Positions 6,281 to 15,390 of a DNA stretch of 25,107 nucleotides are shown here, one piece after another. Where the stretch lies: contig JBQTJP010000209.1 in assembly GCA_052386995.1 (NCBI GenBank), positions 1 through 25,107 of the forward strand. Direction: 5' to 3'. How positions within the stretch are numbered: position 1 is the first letter of the stretch; each line of letters starts with the position of its first letter. The notes below the pieces were generated by a model. The model did not search any database, was not told the origin of the DNA, and saw nothing but the letters and a program-made list of their open reading frames with translations. Origin of the DNA: Armatimonadota bacterium (lineage in GTDB: Bacteria; Sysuimicrobiota; Sysuimicrobiia; Sysuimicrobiales; Humicultoraceae). The translations under genes and the position numbers were made by a program.

Positions 6281-8928
6281 TGACGCGCGAGTCTTCCCTG
6301 ACGCCGATGCTCCGTCAATACCAGGAATTGAAAGGTCGGTACCCCGGCGCGCTTCTCATGTTCCGCCTCGGAGATTTCTACGAGCTGTTCTTCGATGACG
6401 CGCTCCTTGCCGCGCGCGAGCTCGAGATCACGCTGACTTCTCGGGAACTCGGCAAGGGCCGGCGCGTGCCGATGTGTGGCGTCCCGCACCACGCCGTCAC
6501 CGGGTACCTGGCCAGGCTGGTCGAGCGCGGGCACAGTGTCGCGATCTGCGATCAGGTTGAGGATCCCAAGGCGGCACGGGGGCTCGTGCGGCGCGAGGTC
6601 ACCCGCGTCGTCACGCCCGGCACCGTCATGGACACAGGGGTGCTGGCCGATCGCGAGCACCGGTACCTTGTCGCGGTGACCGGCGAGTCCGGCCGCTGGG
6701 GCGTCGCGGCGGCTGACCTCTCCACGGGCGATCTCCTGGCGACGCAGATCGACGGGCCCGAGGCCGATCGCCGCCTCGCGGACGAACTCTCGCGGCTCGA
6801 CCCACGCGAATTGCTGCACCCCGACGGCATCGACCTTGGCGAGCGCGTGGCGTCCCCACGGGCGCGCGGCACGCCGCTGGAGGCCTGGCGCTTTGATCCG
6901 GCCGCGGCCCGGCGGGGCCTCGTCGAGCACTTCCGCGTGGCCTCGCTCGACGGCTTCGGCGCCGAGGGGCTGCCGCTGGCGGTGGGCGCGGCCGGCGCGC
7001 TGTTGTGGTATCTCCAGCAAACGCAGTTGAGCGCGCTGGCACATCTGCGCGCGCTGCGGGTGTACAGTACCGATGATGCGCTCGCGCTCGACGAGACGAC
7101 TCGCCGCAACCTCGAGATTTTCCGCAACCTGCGGGACGGCGGCGTGGCGGGCACGCTGCTCGGCGTCCTCGACGAAACCGCTACGCCGATGGGCGGACGT
7201 CTGCTGCGCGAATGGCTCCTGCGCCCGTTGGTCGATCCCGACGCGATCGCGTCGCGCCAGCGAGCGGTCGGCGCGGCGCTCGAGCGGCCGGTGGTGCGCG
7301 CGGCGATCCGCCAAGGCCTTCGGGGTCTTCCCGATCTCGCGCGGCTGGTGGGCCGCTTCGGACACGGGTCGGCCACGCCGCGCGACCTGGCGGCGCTGCG
7401 CGCGGGGCTCGATCGCCTGCCGGAGGTCATTGCCGCATCGGCGCGTCTAACCGACGCATGCTTTGACGGCCTCGCCCGCGCGATCGATCCCCACACCGTG
7501 CTGCGCGATCAGATCGCGCGCGCCATCGTCGACGCCCCGCCGCTCTCGTCGCGCGACGGCGGAATCTTTCGCCCGGGCTACGATGCCGAGCTCGACGCAC
7601 TTCGCTCGGGTGCGGCCGGCGGCAAGGCCTGGATCGCCGGCTTGGAGGCCGCGGAGCGCACACGCACCGGCATCAGATCGCTGCGGGTCGGGTTCAACAA
7701 AGTCTTCGGGTACTACATCGAGGCGTCCAACGCCAACCGGCGCCTGATCCCCGACGACTACGTCCGCAAGCAAACGCTCACCGGAGCCGAGCGGTACATC
7801 ACCCCCGAGATGAAGGAGCGCGAGGCCGCTATCCTGGGCGCCGAAGAACGGATCGCGGACGTGGAGCAGCGGCTGTTCGTTGCGCTCAGGGAGGCCATCG
7901 CGGCATCGGCGGAGTCGCTGCTGGCCACGTCGCGGGCGGTGGCCGAAGCGGATGTCCTGCTGTCCCTGGCCGAGGCCGCCGAGCGGAACGGGTACGTGCG
8001 GCCGGAGATCGTACACGAGCCCGTCCTGGAGGTGCGTGGCGGCCGGCATCCCGTTGTGGAACGTCTGCTGGAAGGCGAGCGCTTCGTGCCGAACGATGTG
8101 GTGCTCGACGTCACCGACCGGGCGATCGTCATCGTGACCGGGCCCAACATGGCCGGCAAGAGCACGCTGCTGCGGAAGGCGGCGCTGATTGCGATCATGG
8201 CCCAGGTCGGATCGTACGTGCCGGCGACGTCGGCGCGGATCGGCGTGGCCGATCGGATCTTTACACGCGTCGGGGCGGTCGACGATCTGGCGTCGGGCCG
8301 GAGCACGTTTCTTGTCGAGATGCAGGAGGTGGCGAGGATCCTGCATGGCGCGACCCGACGCAGCCTGATTGTCCTCGACGAGGTCGGCCGCGGGACCAGC
8401 ACGTATGACGGTATGAGCCTGGCCTGGGCCGTTGTGGCGTACCTGCACGATCACATTGGAGCACGGACGTTGTTTGCCACGCACTATCATGAGCTGACAG
8501 AACTGGCCGACATTCTCACGCGTGTGCACAACATCGCGATGCAGGTGGAGGAGGAGGGGGATCGTGTCGTCTTCCTCCACACCGCCGCAGAGGGCCGGGC
8601 CGATCGTTCCTACGGGATCCACGTGGCGCGGCTCGCCGGCGTGCCTGACGAGATCATTGGCCAGGCGAAACGCATCCTGCAACAACTCGAGTCGGCTTCC
8701 GCGCGTCCACGCGAGCCGGGTGCGCCACCGCTGCCGGCCCGGGCCCGCCGCGCGCGGCAGTTGCCGCTGGCGCTGGAACTCACGTCGCCGATCGAAGAAG
8801 CCCTGCTGGCGCTGGCCGTGGAGTCGATGACCCCGCTGGAAGCGCTCCAGACGCTGGCCGATCTGAGAGACCGCGTTCGCGCGATGCGGGCCGGCGCCAC
8901 CGCCGGCGCGGAGCAGCGGCTGCAGTGA
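6280..8928 (+). CDS. mutS: DNA mismatch repair protein MutS
   Basis: TPMLRQY, FRLGDFYELF, GPNMAGKST Walker A, SGRSTFLVEM, DEVGRGTST, FATHYHEL, SYGIHVARLAG. Confidence 0.98.
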   Translation: MTRESSLTPMLRQYQELKGRYPGALLMFRLGDFYELFFDDALLAARELEITLTSRELGKGRRVPMCGVPHHAVTGYLARLVERGHSVAICDQVEDPKAARGLVRREVTRVVTPGTVMDTGVLADREHRYLVAVTGESGRWGVAAADLSTGDLLATQIDGPEADRRLADELSRLDPRELLHPDGIDLGERVASPRARGTPLEAWRFDPAAARRGLVEHFRVASLDGFGAEGLPLAVGAAGALLWYLQQTQLSALAHLRALRVYSTDDALALDETTRRNLEIFRNLRDGGVAGTLLGVLDETATPMGGRLLREWLLRPLVDPDAIASRQRAVGAALERPVVRAAIRQGLRGLPDLARLVGRFGHGSATPRDLAALRAGLDRLPEVIAASARLTDACFDGLARAIDPHTVLRDQIARAIVDAPPLSSRDGGIFRPGYDAELDALRSGAAGGKAWIAGLEAAERTRTGIRSLRVGFNKVFGYYIEASNANRRLIPDDYVRKQTLTGAERYITPEMKEREAAILGAEERIADVEQRLFVALREAIAASAESLLATSRAVAEADVLLSLAEAAERNGYVRPEIVHEPVLEVRGGRHPVVERLLEGERFVPNDVVLDVTDRAIVIVTGPNMAGKSTLLRKAALIAIMAQVGSYVPATSARIGVADRIFTRVGAVDDLASGRSTFLVEMQEVARILHGATRRSLIVLDEVGRGTSTYDGMSLAWAVVAYLHDHIGARTLFATHYHELTELADILTRVHNIAMQVEEEGDRVVFLHTAAEGRADRSYGIHVARLAGVPDEIIGQAKRILQQLESASARPREPGAPPLPARARRARQLPLALELTSPIEEALLALAVESMTPLEALQTLADLRDRVRAMRAGATAGAEQRLQ

Positions 8929-10655
8929 GTCCGATCCGGGTCCTCGAGCGCTCGGTGGCCGAGCGGATCGCCGCGGGCGAGGTCGTGGAGCGTCCCGCCT
9001 CCGTCGTGAAAGAACTCGTCGAGAACAGCCTGGACGCCAATGCCCGCGCGATCTCCGTCGAGGTCGAAGGCGCCGGCCTGCGGCTCATCCGCGTGCTCGA
9101 TGACGGCGAGGGAATCCCTGCCGCAGAGGTGACGCTGGCATTCGAGCGGTTTGCCACGAGCAAGATCGCGCGCCTGGAGGATCTGGAATGGGTGCGCAGT
9201 TACGGTTTCCGCGGCGAGGCCCTGCCGAGCATCGCGGCGGTCGCGCGTCTCATCCTGACCACCCGGGCGGCTGGCGCGGGCGCGGCGACCCGTGTCGTTG
9301 CAGAGGGCGGCACGATCCAGACGATCGGGTCGCACGGCGCCGCGCACGGGACGACCGTCGAGGTGGCGTTGCTCTTCTACAACACGCCGGCCCGGCTGAA
9401 GTTTCTCAAGTCGCCGGCGCGCGAACAGACGCTGATCGCCGAAGCCGTGCAGAAAGCGGCGATGGCGCACGCACACGTCGCGTTTCGGCTCGTGATCGAC
9501 GGGCGCGAGGCGGCGCGGTGGCCTCGATCGACGCCGGCCGAGCGGGGCGCGCAGATGCTGGGCGCCGGAGAGGCGGACGAGCTGATCGCCGTCGACGCCC
9601 CGATTCCCGGTGGGACGGCGCGGGGATGGTTGGCCCGCCCCGAGCGCGGGCGTCCGGCACGGACCGGACAGCACCTGTTCGTGAACAACCGGCCGGTGCA
9701 GAGCGCCCTGCTGCGGCGCGCCGTTGAGCAGGGCTATGCGCAGCTGCTCCCGATCGGACGCTTCCCGGTGTTTGCGCTCTTTCTCGATGTCGACCCTGCC
9801 TCGGTCGACGTCAACGTGCATCCACGCAAGCTCGAGGTCCGCTTCAAAGATGAGTCGCGGTTGTTCGGTGCCGTGGCGCGTGCGGCGCGTGAGGCGCTGC
9901 TTGCCAGCCCACTGGTGCGCCCCGCGATCCTGCCGGGCCGCGGTGTGGGCGACCCCGCGGCGTTGGTGGCCGCGATGCAGCCGATGCCGGTGCCCGGCGC
10001 TGACGGAGGCAGGCTGCGGCTTGCGCTGGAGGCCCGCGAGGTGGCCGGGACCTATGCGCCGGCGACGGACGTGCGGCTGCCGGCGCTGCATCCCCTCGGT
10101 CAGGTCCTGGGGACGTACCTGGTCGCGGAAGGGCCCGACGGCCTCTACGTTATCGACCAGCATGCCGCCCACGAACGCGTGCTCTATGAGCGCCTGCTCG
10201 CCGCGCGGCGCCGGGGCGGCGTGGCCCGGCAGATGCTGGCGGTCCCGCTCACGGTCGAGCTTGCGCCGGCGCATCTCGCGACGCTCGCCGGGTACCGCGA
10301 CCAGTTGGAGCAATTGGGATTCGACGTCGAGCCTTTTGGACCGCGCACCGCGCTCCTGCGCGCTCTGCCCGCGCCCGTCTCCGCAAAAGACCCCGACGCG
10401 CTGCTGCATCGCGCGCTCGCGGCACTCGAAGGCAGCGGGGAGGGGGAGGGGTCCGCGGACGCCCTCGAGCGGGCCTCCATCGCCACGGCGTGTCACACCG
10501 CGATCCGCGCTGGCGATCGCATCGCTCCAGAGGCGATCGCGGCCCTGCTCGCGGATTTGGCCGCGACCGAAGATCCCTTTACCTGCTTTCACGGCCGTCC
10601 CACGATCGTCGTGGTTCCCCGCGGCCAGCTCGAGCGATGGTTTTTGCGGGGGTAG
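8925..10655 (+). CDS. mutL: DNA mismatch repair endonuclease MutL
   Basis: IAAGEVVERPASVVKELVENSLDA, GFRGEAL, VDVNVHP; endonuclease motifs DQHAAHERVLYE, ACH and CFHGRP. Confidence 0.97.
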   Translation: MSPIRVLERSVAERIAAGEVVERPASVVKELVENSLDANARAISVEVEGAGLRLIRVLDDGEGIPAAEVTLAFERFATSKIARLEDLEWVRSYGFRGEALPSIAAVARLILTTRAAGAGAATRVVAEGGTIQTIGSHGAAHGTTVEVALLFYNTPARLKFLKSPAREQTLIAEAVQKAAMAHAHVAFRLVIDGREAARWPRSTPAERGAQMLGAGEADELIAVDAPIPGGTARGWLARPERGRPARTGQHLFVNNRPVQSALLRRAVEQGYAQLLPIGRFPVFALFLDVDPASVDVNVHPRKLEVRFKDESRLFGAVARAAREALLASPLVRPAILPGRGVGDPAALVAAMQPMPVPGADGGRLRLALEAREVAGTYAPATDVRLPALHPLGQVLGTYLVAEGPDGLYVIDQHAAHERVLYERLLAARRRGGVARQMLAVPLTVELAPAHLATLAGYRDQLEQLGFDVEPFGPRTALLRALPAPVSAKDPDALLHRALAALEGSGEGEGSADALERASIATACHTAIRAGDRIAPEAIAALLADLAATEDPFTCFHGRPTIVVVPRGQLERWFLRG

Positions 10656-11611
10656 ATCCGCCCGAGCGCCTTACGGTCCTGTGCGGTCCCACGGCGGTCG
10701 GCAAAACCGCCCTGGCCGTCGCACTGGCCGGGACCGTGGACGCCGAGATCATCTGTGCCGATTCCCGGACCGTCTACCGCGGCATGGACATCGGTACGGC
10801 CAAACCCACCGCGGCCCAGCGCGCCCGCGTACCGCACCATCTGCTCGACGTTGCCGATCCAGATCAACTCTTCACGCTCGCCGACTTCCAGCGTCTGGCC
10901 CGTGCGGCCATCGCCGCCGTGCGAGGACGCGGCCGGTTGCCGCTGGTGGTCGGCGGTACCGGGCTCTACATCCGCGCCATCGTTGACGATCTCACGATTC
11001 CGGAGGTGCCGCCCGATCCGCACCTGCGCGCGCATCTGCAGGCCGAAGAGAGCGCGCGCGGCCCCGGGCACCTCCACGTGCGCCTGGCCGCGCTCGACCC
11101 GGTCGCCGCCTCCCGCATCCATCCCCGCAACATCCGGCGTCTCATCCGGGCGCTGGAGGTGACCACCGTTGCAGCACGCCCGATCTCAGCGTTGCAGAGA
11201 ACGGGTCCGCCGCTGACCGCAGCCATGATCGGGCTCTCGATGGAGCGAGACGTGTTGTACCGCGGCACCGATGCCCGGGTCGATGCGCAGGTCGTCGGCG
11301 GGCTCGTCGATGAGGTGCGCGGGCTGCTCGCCCAGGGCATCCCAGCGGATGTCCCCGCGATGCAGGGGCTGGGCTACAAAGAGATTGTGGGGTGGCTGCG
11401 CGGGGGCTACCCATTCGAGGAGGCCGTTCGCGTGCTCAAGCGCAACACCCGACGGTATGCGAAGCGGCAGCTCACCTGGTTCCGGCGGGATCCGCGCGTG
11501 CGCTGGATCGATGTTACGCCTCTGGATGAGGAAACGCTGATGCAGCGTGTGCGTGCTATGATGGACGCGGATTCGCCCGCCCCAGAACGTGCGCAGCCCG
11601 GGAGGGAATGA
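10637..11611 (+). CDS. miaA: tRNA dimethylallyltransferase (start approximate)
   Basis: GPTAVGKT, DSRTVYRGMDIGTAKP, VGGTGLY, TRRYAKRQLTWFR. Confidence 0.96.
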   Translation: MVFAGVDPPERLTVLCGPTAVGKTALAVALAGTVDAEIICADSRTVYRGMDIGTAKPTAAQRARVPHHLLDVADPDQLFTLADFQRLARAAIAAVRGRGRLPLVVGGTGLYIRAIVDDLTIPEVPPDPHLRAHLQAEESARGPGHLHVRLAALDPVAASRIHPRNIRRLIRALEVTTVAARPISALQRTGPPLTAAMIGLSMERDVLYRGTDARVDAQVVGGLVDEVRGLLAQGIPADVPAMQGLGYKEIVGWLRGGYPFEEAVRVLKRNTRRYAKRQLTWFRRDPRVRWIDVTPLDEETLMQRVRAMMDADSPAPERAQPGRE

Positions 11612-12792
11612 TGCAGCAGTCACGTGTCCGCACCGTGCAGTCGGAGCGCCTCCGGCGGATCGGCGCCTATCTGTTCGCGGATCTCGATCGCAAGAAAGAG
11701 GAGCAACAGGCCAAGGGCGTGGATGTCATCAGCCTCGCCACCGGGGATCCTGACGTGCCGACGCCCCCGCACATCATCGCGGCGCTGGCGGACGCCGCGC
11801 GGGATCCGCGCACACACCAGTATCCTCCGTACCCCGGCACGATCGAGTTCCGCGAGGCCGCCGCCGGGTGGTTCGCGGGTCGCTTCGGCGTGACGCTCGA
11901 TCCGAAGCGTGAGGTGCTGGCCCTCATCGGCTCCAAGGAGGGACTCGCGCATCTCCCCTGGGCGACGCTCAACCCCGGTGAGCTCGCGCTCGTCCCTGAC
12001 CCGGGCTATCCGGTGTACCGTTCCGCCACGATCATGGCCGAGGGCGAACCGGTCGCGCTCCCGCTTGCGGCCGAGCGCGGATTCCTCCCGGATCTCGATC
12101 AGATCCCAAGCGACGTCGCGCGTCGGGCGCGCCTGCTATTCCTGAATTATCCCAACAACCCGACCGGTGCCGTGGCCGACCTTGAGTTCTTTGCGCGGGC
12201 GGTGGCCTTCGCGCGTCGCTTCGGCATCCTGCTGGTTCACGACCATTCGTATTCCGAGATTGCCTACGACGGCTACCGTCCGCCCAGCGTCCTGCAAGTC
12301 GACGGCGCGACAGAGGTGGCCATCGAGCTCCATTCGCTCTCCAAGTCCTACAACATGACCGGATGGCGCATCGGTTTCGCCGTCGGCAACCCCGAGGCGA
12401 TCGAGGCCCTGGGCACCGTCAAGACAAACGTCGACTCCGGCGTCTTTGTAGCGATCCAGCAGGCCGGCATCGCGGCGCTCTCCGGCCCCCAGGACGTCAT
12501 CGCGCCAACGCTGGCCATCTACTGCGCGCGCCGCGACCGGCTGGTGAAGGCCCTGCGCAGCGTTGGCTGGCAGCCGCCGCTGCCGAAAGCCACGCTCTAT
12601 GTCTGGATGCCCACACCCAACGGGCAGTCGTCGGTCGCCTTCGCGGCCGACGTCCTGGGACGGACGGGCGTTGTCATCACCCCAGGGGTCGGGTATGGTG
12701 CCAGCGGCGAGGGGTATGTCCGCCTCTCGCTCACCACGCCGGACGACCGCCTCGATGAGGCCCTCGCGCGGATTCGCCGCGCGTACGGGTAG
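11608..12792 (+). CDS. dapL: LL-diaminopimelate aminotransferase-like class I PLP aminotransferase
   Basis: YLFADLDRKK, LIGSKEG, PDPGYPVY, LNYPNNPTGA, SLSKSYNMTGWRIG (PLP Lys), KTNVDSG, TPGVGYG..GEGYVR. Confidence 0.82.
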   Translation: MMQQSRVRTVQSERLRRIGAYLFADLDRKKEEQQAKGVDVISLATGDPDVPTPPHIIAALADAARDPRTHQYPPYPGTIEFREAAAGWFAGRFGVTLDPKREVLALIGSKEGLAHLPWATLNPGELALVPDPGYPVYRSATIMAEGEPVALPLAAERGFLPDLDQIPSDVARRARLLFLNYPNNPTGAVADLEFFARAVAFARRFGILLVHDHSYSEIAYDGYRPPSVLQVDGATEVAIELHSLSKSYNMTGWRIGFAVGNPEAIEALGTVKTNVDSGVFVAIQQAGIAALSGPQDVIAPTLAIYCARRDRLVKALRSVGWQPPLPKATLYVWMPTPNGQSSVAFAADVLGRTGVVITPGVGYGASGEGYVRLSLTTPDDRLDEALARIRRAYG

Positions 12793-12808
12793 GGAAGGGG
12801 AGCTCCCG

Positions 12809-14626
12809 ATCGGCACAGTCTGGGGTCTCGTCCGGAGCATCGAGCCCACCCATCGGCAGATGCTTGAGGCGCTGCTGCGCCGCCGCGTCCCGCCAAACCG
12901 GATTGCGAGCCTCGAGCTCATCGAGATCTTGACGCACCTGGCGCAGGCGCTGCGGCGCGAGGTTGGCCTGCTCATCGATCGCCACGGTGTTACGGCACAC
13001 GTGCTCCTCAGCCGGCGCTGGCAGGAGCTTGCGCACGAGTTCGCGCACGCGTCCGGGACGCGCGGACGTGGCCTCAGGTACGTCGAGGCCCACCCGCAGC
13101 CCGATGGCCGCGCCGATGATGGCGACCGGCGCGCGCTGGTACAGCTGGGTCTGGACCTGGTGGTGACCGTCGGAACGCAGCGGGGCCGGCCGGCAGATGT
13201 GTGGCTGCTCGGGCACCCATCCGGAAGGGTCGCGCGTAGCGATGACGGCGAAGAGTCCGCCACGGTTGAGGGCCCCTATCCGCCGGCGGCGCTCGCTCAA
13301 CTCGAACTGGATCCCTGGACGCGCCTGGCGGATACGACCCGCCGCAGAGGTGTGACCACGGCGGGCGCGGATGGGCAGCCGGAGCGTGCGGTGCTGGTCG
13401 CGCTGGACCGGGCCGGCGATGCCGAGGACGCGCTCGCCGAACTGGCCCGGCTGGCCGAAACCGCCGGAGCGCAGCCGGTGGCGAATGTCGTGCAGCGCCG
13501 GTCCCGCCCCGACCCGGCGACCTATCTCGGCCGCGGGAAACTCGCCGAGGTGCTGCGCGCCACCGAGGCCCAGGCGGCAGATCTCGTGCTGATCGACCAG
13601 GAGTTGACGCCGGCCCAGCAGCGCACGCTGGAACGTGAGCTCGGGGTCAAGGTGCTCGATCGTACCGCGCTCGTGCTCGACATCTTCGCGCGCCGCGCGC
13701 GCAGCCGCGAGGGCCGGCTCCAGGTCGAGCTCGCGCAGATGAACTACCTCCTGCCGCGCCTGACCGGGCGCGGCGTCTGGCTCTCGCGTCTGGGGGGCGG
13801 CATCGGAACCCGGGGACCCGGTGAGACCAAGCTGGAGGTCGATCGCCGGCGCATCCGGGTGCGCATCACCAATCTGCAAAGAGAGATCAACTCTATCGCA
13901 CGCCGCCGGACCAGGCAGCGCGTGCCGCGCGAGATCGCGGGTATTCCCCAGGTGGCCCTGGTCGGATATACCAACGCGGGGAAATCGACCCTGTTGAATG
14001 CGCTGACGGGCGCGGACGCGTTCGTCGAAGACCGTCTCTTTGCGACGCTCGATCCGATGGTCCGGCGCGTCGTCTTGCCCAATCACCGATCGATCGTCCT
14101 GGCGGACACCGTCGGGTTCATTCAGCGTCTGCCGACCCAGGTCGTCGCAGCGTTTCGCGGCACGCTCGAGGAAGTCACTGCGGCCGACCTGCTGGTGCAT
14201 GTCATCGATGCTGGTCATCCGGCGTGGCGCGCGCAGGCCGAGGTGGTCCGCGGCGTCTTGAAAGGCATCGGCGCGGGCGACCACCCTGTGGTCACGGCCT
14301 TCAACAAAGTCGATCTGTTGACAGCCGAGCAGATCCGACGGCTGGTGGAAGATTACCCCGATGCCGTAGTAATCTCCGCCGAGCGTCGCGTCGGGCTCGC
14401 CCCGCTGCTGCGTGCCATCGCAAAGGGGCTGCCCGAGCCATGGATCCGCGTGCGGGTGCGCATTCCGTATCGCGACGCAAAGCTCATCGCACGCGTGCAT
14501 GCCGAGGGCCGCGTGCTGTCCGCCGACTACGGCACCGAGGGAGTGTCCCTCGATGTCGAGGTGCCCGGGCCGCTGGCTGTCGACCTCAAAGCGATGAACA
14601 GAGCCGGCACACCGGCTTCGGCCTGA
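12809..14626 (+). CDS. hflX: Ribosome-splitting GTPase HflX, long form with N-terminal extension; probable ATC start
   Basis: LDRTALVLDIFARRA, GGGIGTRGPGETKLEVDRR, GYTNAGKST, LFATLDP, DTVGF, NKVD. RBS-like AAGGGGAG ends 6 nt before ATC 12809; the first in-frame ATG after the dapL stop is 12860. Confidence 0.93.
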   Translation: MGTVWGLVRSIEPTHRQMLEALLRRRVPPNRIASLELIEILTHLAQALRREVGLLIDRHGVTAHVLLSRRWQELAHEFAHASGTRGRGLRYVEAHPQPDGRADDGDRRALVQLGLDLVVTVGTQRGRPADVWLLGHPSGRVARSDDGEESATVEGPYPPAALAQLELDPWTRLADTTRRRGVTTAGADGQPERAVLVALDRAGDAEDALAELARLAETAGAQPVANVVQRRSRPDPATYLGRGKLAEVLRATEAQAADLVLIDQELTPAQQRTLERELGVKVLDRTALVLDIFARRARSREGRLQVELAQMNYLLPRLTGRGVWLSRLGGGIGTRGPGETKLEVDRRRIRVRITNLQREINSIARRRTRQRVPREIAGIPQVALVGYTNAGKSTLLNALTGADAFVEDRLFATLDPMVRRVVLPNHRSIVLADTVGFIQRLPTQVVAAFRGTLEEVTAADLLVHVIDAGHPAWRAQAEVVRGVLKGIGAGDHPVVTAFNKVDLLTAEQIRRLVEDYPDAVVISAERRVGLAPLLRAIAKGLPEPWIRVRVRIPYRDAKLIARVHAEGRVLSADYGTEGVSLDVEVPGPLAVDLKAMNRAGTPASA

Positions 14627-14648
14627 GGATCTCCATCGAGCGTTGGGG

Positions 14649-15260
14649 CTAGTTCAGTCGACGGATGACCGCGATCGCCTTGCCTTCGACGATGACCTCG
14701 CGGGCGTAGACCGGCTCCAAGGCCTCGTTCGCCGGTTGGAGCCGCACCCGATCCTTCTCACGGAAGAACTGCTTGACGGTGGCTTCGTCATCCAGCCGCG
14801 CCACGACGATATCGCCGTTGGTGGCCGTCGGCTGCCGGCGCACGACCAGCAGGTCGCCGTCCTGGATGCCTGCACCGATCATACTGTCGCCTCTGACCTT
14901 CAACACGAAACCTTCGGCCCCGCTGAGCATGTCGGCGGGCACCGCCATGTACTCATCGATGTTCTGCTCGGCGAGCAGCGGCGCACCGGCTGCCACGCGG
15001 CCGACGACCGGGAGTGTCACTGTACGGGCCGCGGGGGCACCGTTATCACGCAGGATTTCCAGCGCGCGGGGCTTGCTCGGGTCACGTCGCAGGTAACCCT
15101 TGCGCTCCAGCGCCGCCAGGTGGCTGTGCACCGTTGAACTGCTCGTGACGCCCATGGCCTGTCCGATCTCACGCACCGACGGCGGATAGCCGTGCGATTC
15201 GGTGTAGCGGCGAACGAAGGTGAGAATGTCGCTTTGCCGGCGGGTCAATCCAGAGGCCAT
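14649..15260 (-). CDS. lexA: SOS repressor LexA
   Basis: LTRRQSDIL, GYPPSVREI, STVHSHL..LERKGY, RAL; VAAG cleavage site, GDSM catalytic Ser, TVK catalytic Lys; ATG 15260 with GGAGG. Confidence 0.97.
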   Translation of the reverse strand: MASGLTRRQSDILTFVRRYTESHGYPPSVREIGQAMGVTSSSTVHSHLAALERKGYLRRDPSKPRALEILRDNGAPAARTVTLPVVGRVAAGAPLLAEQNIDEYMAVPADMLSGAEGFVLKVRGDSMIGAGIQDGDLLVVRRQPTATNGDIVVARLDDEATVKQFFREKDRVRLQPANEALEPVYAREVIVEGKAIAVIRRLN

Positions 15261-15292
15261 GGCAAATTCCTCCAGGTCTTTCAATCGCCGTG

Positions 15293-15321
15293 ATGATAAC
15301 ATGGCGAAAGACTCAATGCAA
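15293..15321 (-). promoter_or_regulatory. lexA promoter
   Basis: Minus strand TTGCAT-17 bp-TATCAT with an extended -10 TGn. Confidence 0.7.
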
Positions 15322-15332
15322 ACATGTGTTCG
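15319..15332. promoter_or_regulatory. LexA operator (Gram-positive-type SOS box) overlapping the -35
   Basis: CAAACatgtGTTCG, one mismatch from CGAAC-N4-GTTCG. Confidence 0.75.
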
Positions 15333-15362
15333 GGTAGAGCCGTCACGACCGGCTAGGAGTCT

Positions 15363-15390
15363 ACTTCGCATAAGGTTTCTTATGTTAAGT
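15363..15390. other. dif site (XerCD chromosome dimer resolution site)
   Basis: ACTTCGCATAA-GGTTTC-TTATGTTAAGT, with 11-6-11 architecture. It closely matches E. coli dif GGTGCGCATAA-TGTATA-TTATGTTAAAT and is an AT-rich patch in intergenic GC-rich DNA. Confidence 0.9.

Noticed and set aside
10490..10636. MiaA N-terminal extension (likewise 982-1104 for CcdA and 21352-21573 for PaaF)
   Set aside because: These overlap upstream genes; better starts lie downstream.
12563..12808. HflX start at 12563
   Set aside because: Overlaps 230 bp of dapL, with non-protein-like composition.
5094..14500. Long antisense ORFs (5094-6176, 6016-7365, 7447-8685, 8610-10592, 12731-14500)
   Set aside because: Shadow frames of ilvD, mutS, mutL and hflX, expected with high-GC codon bias; no motifs.
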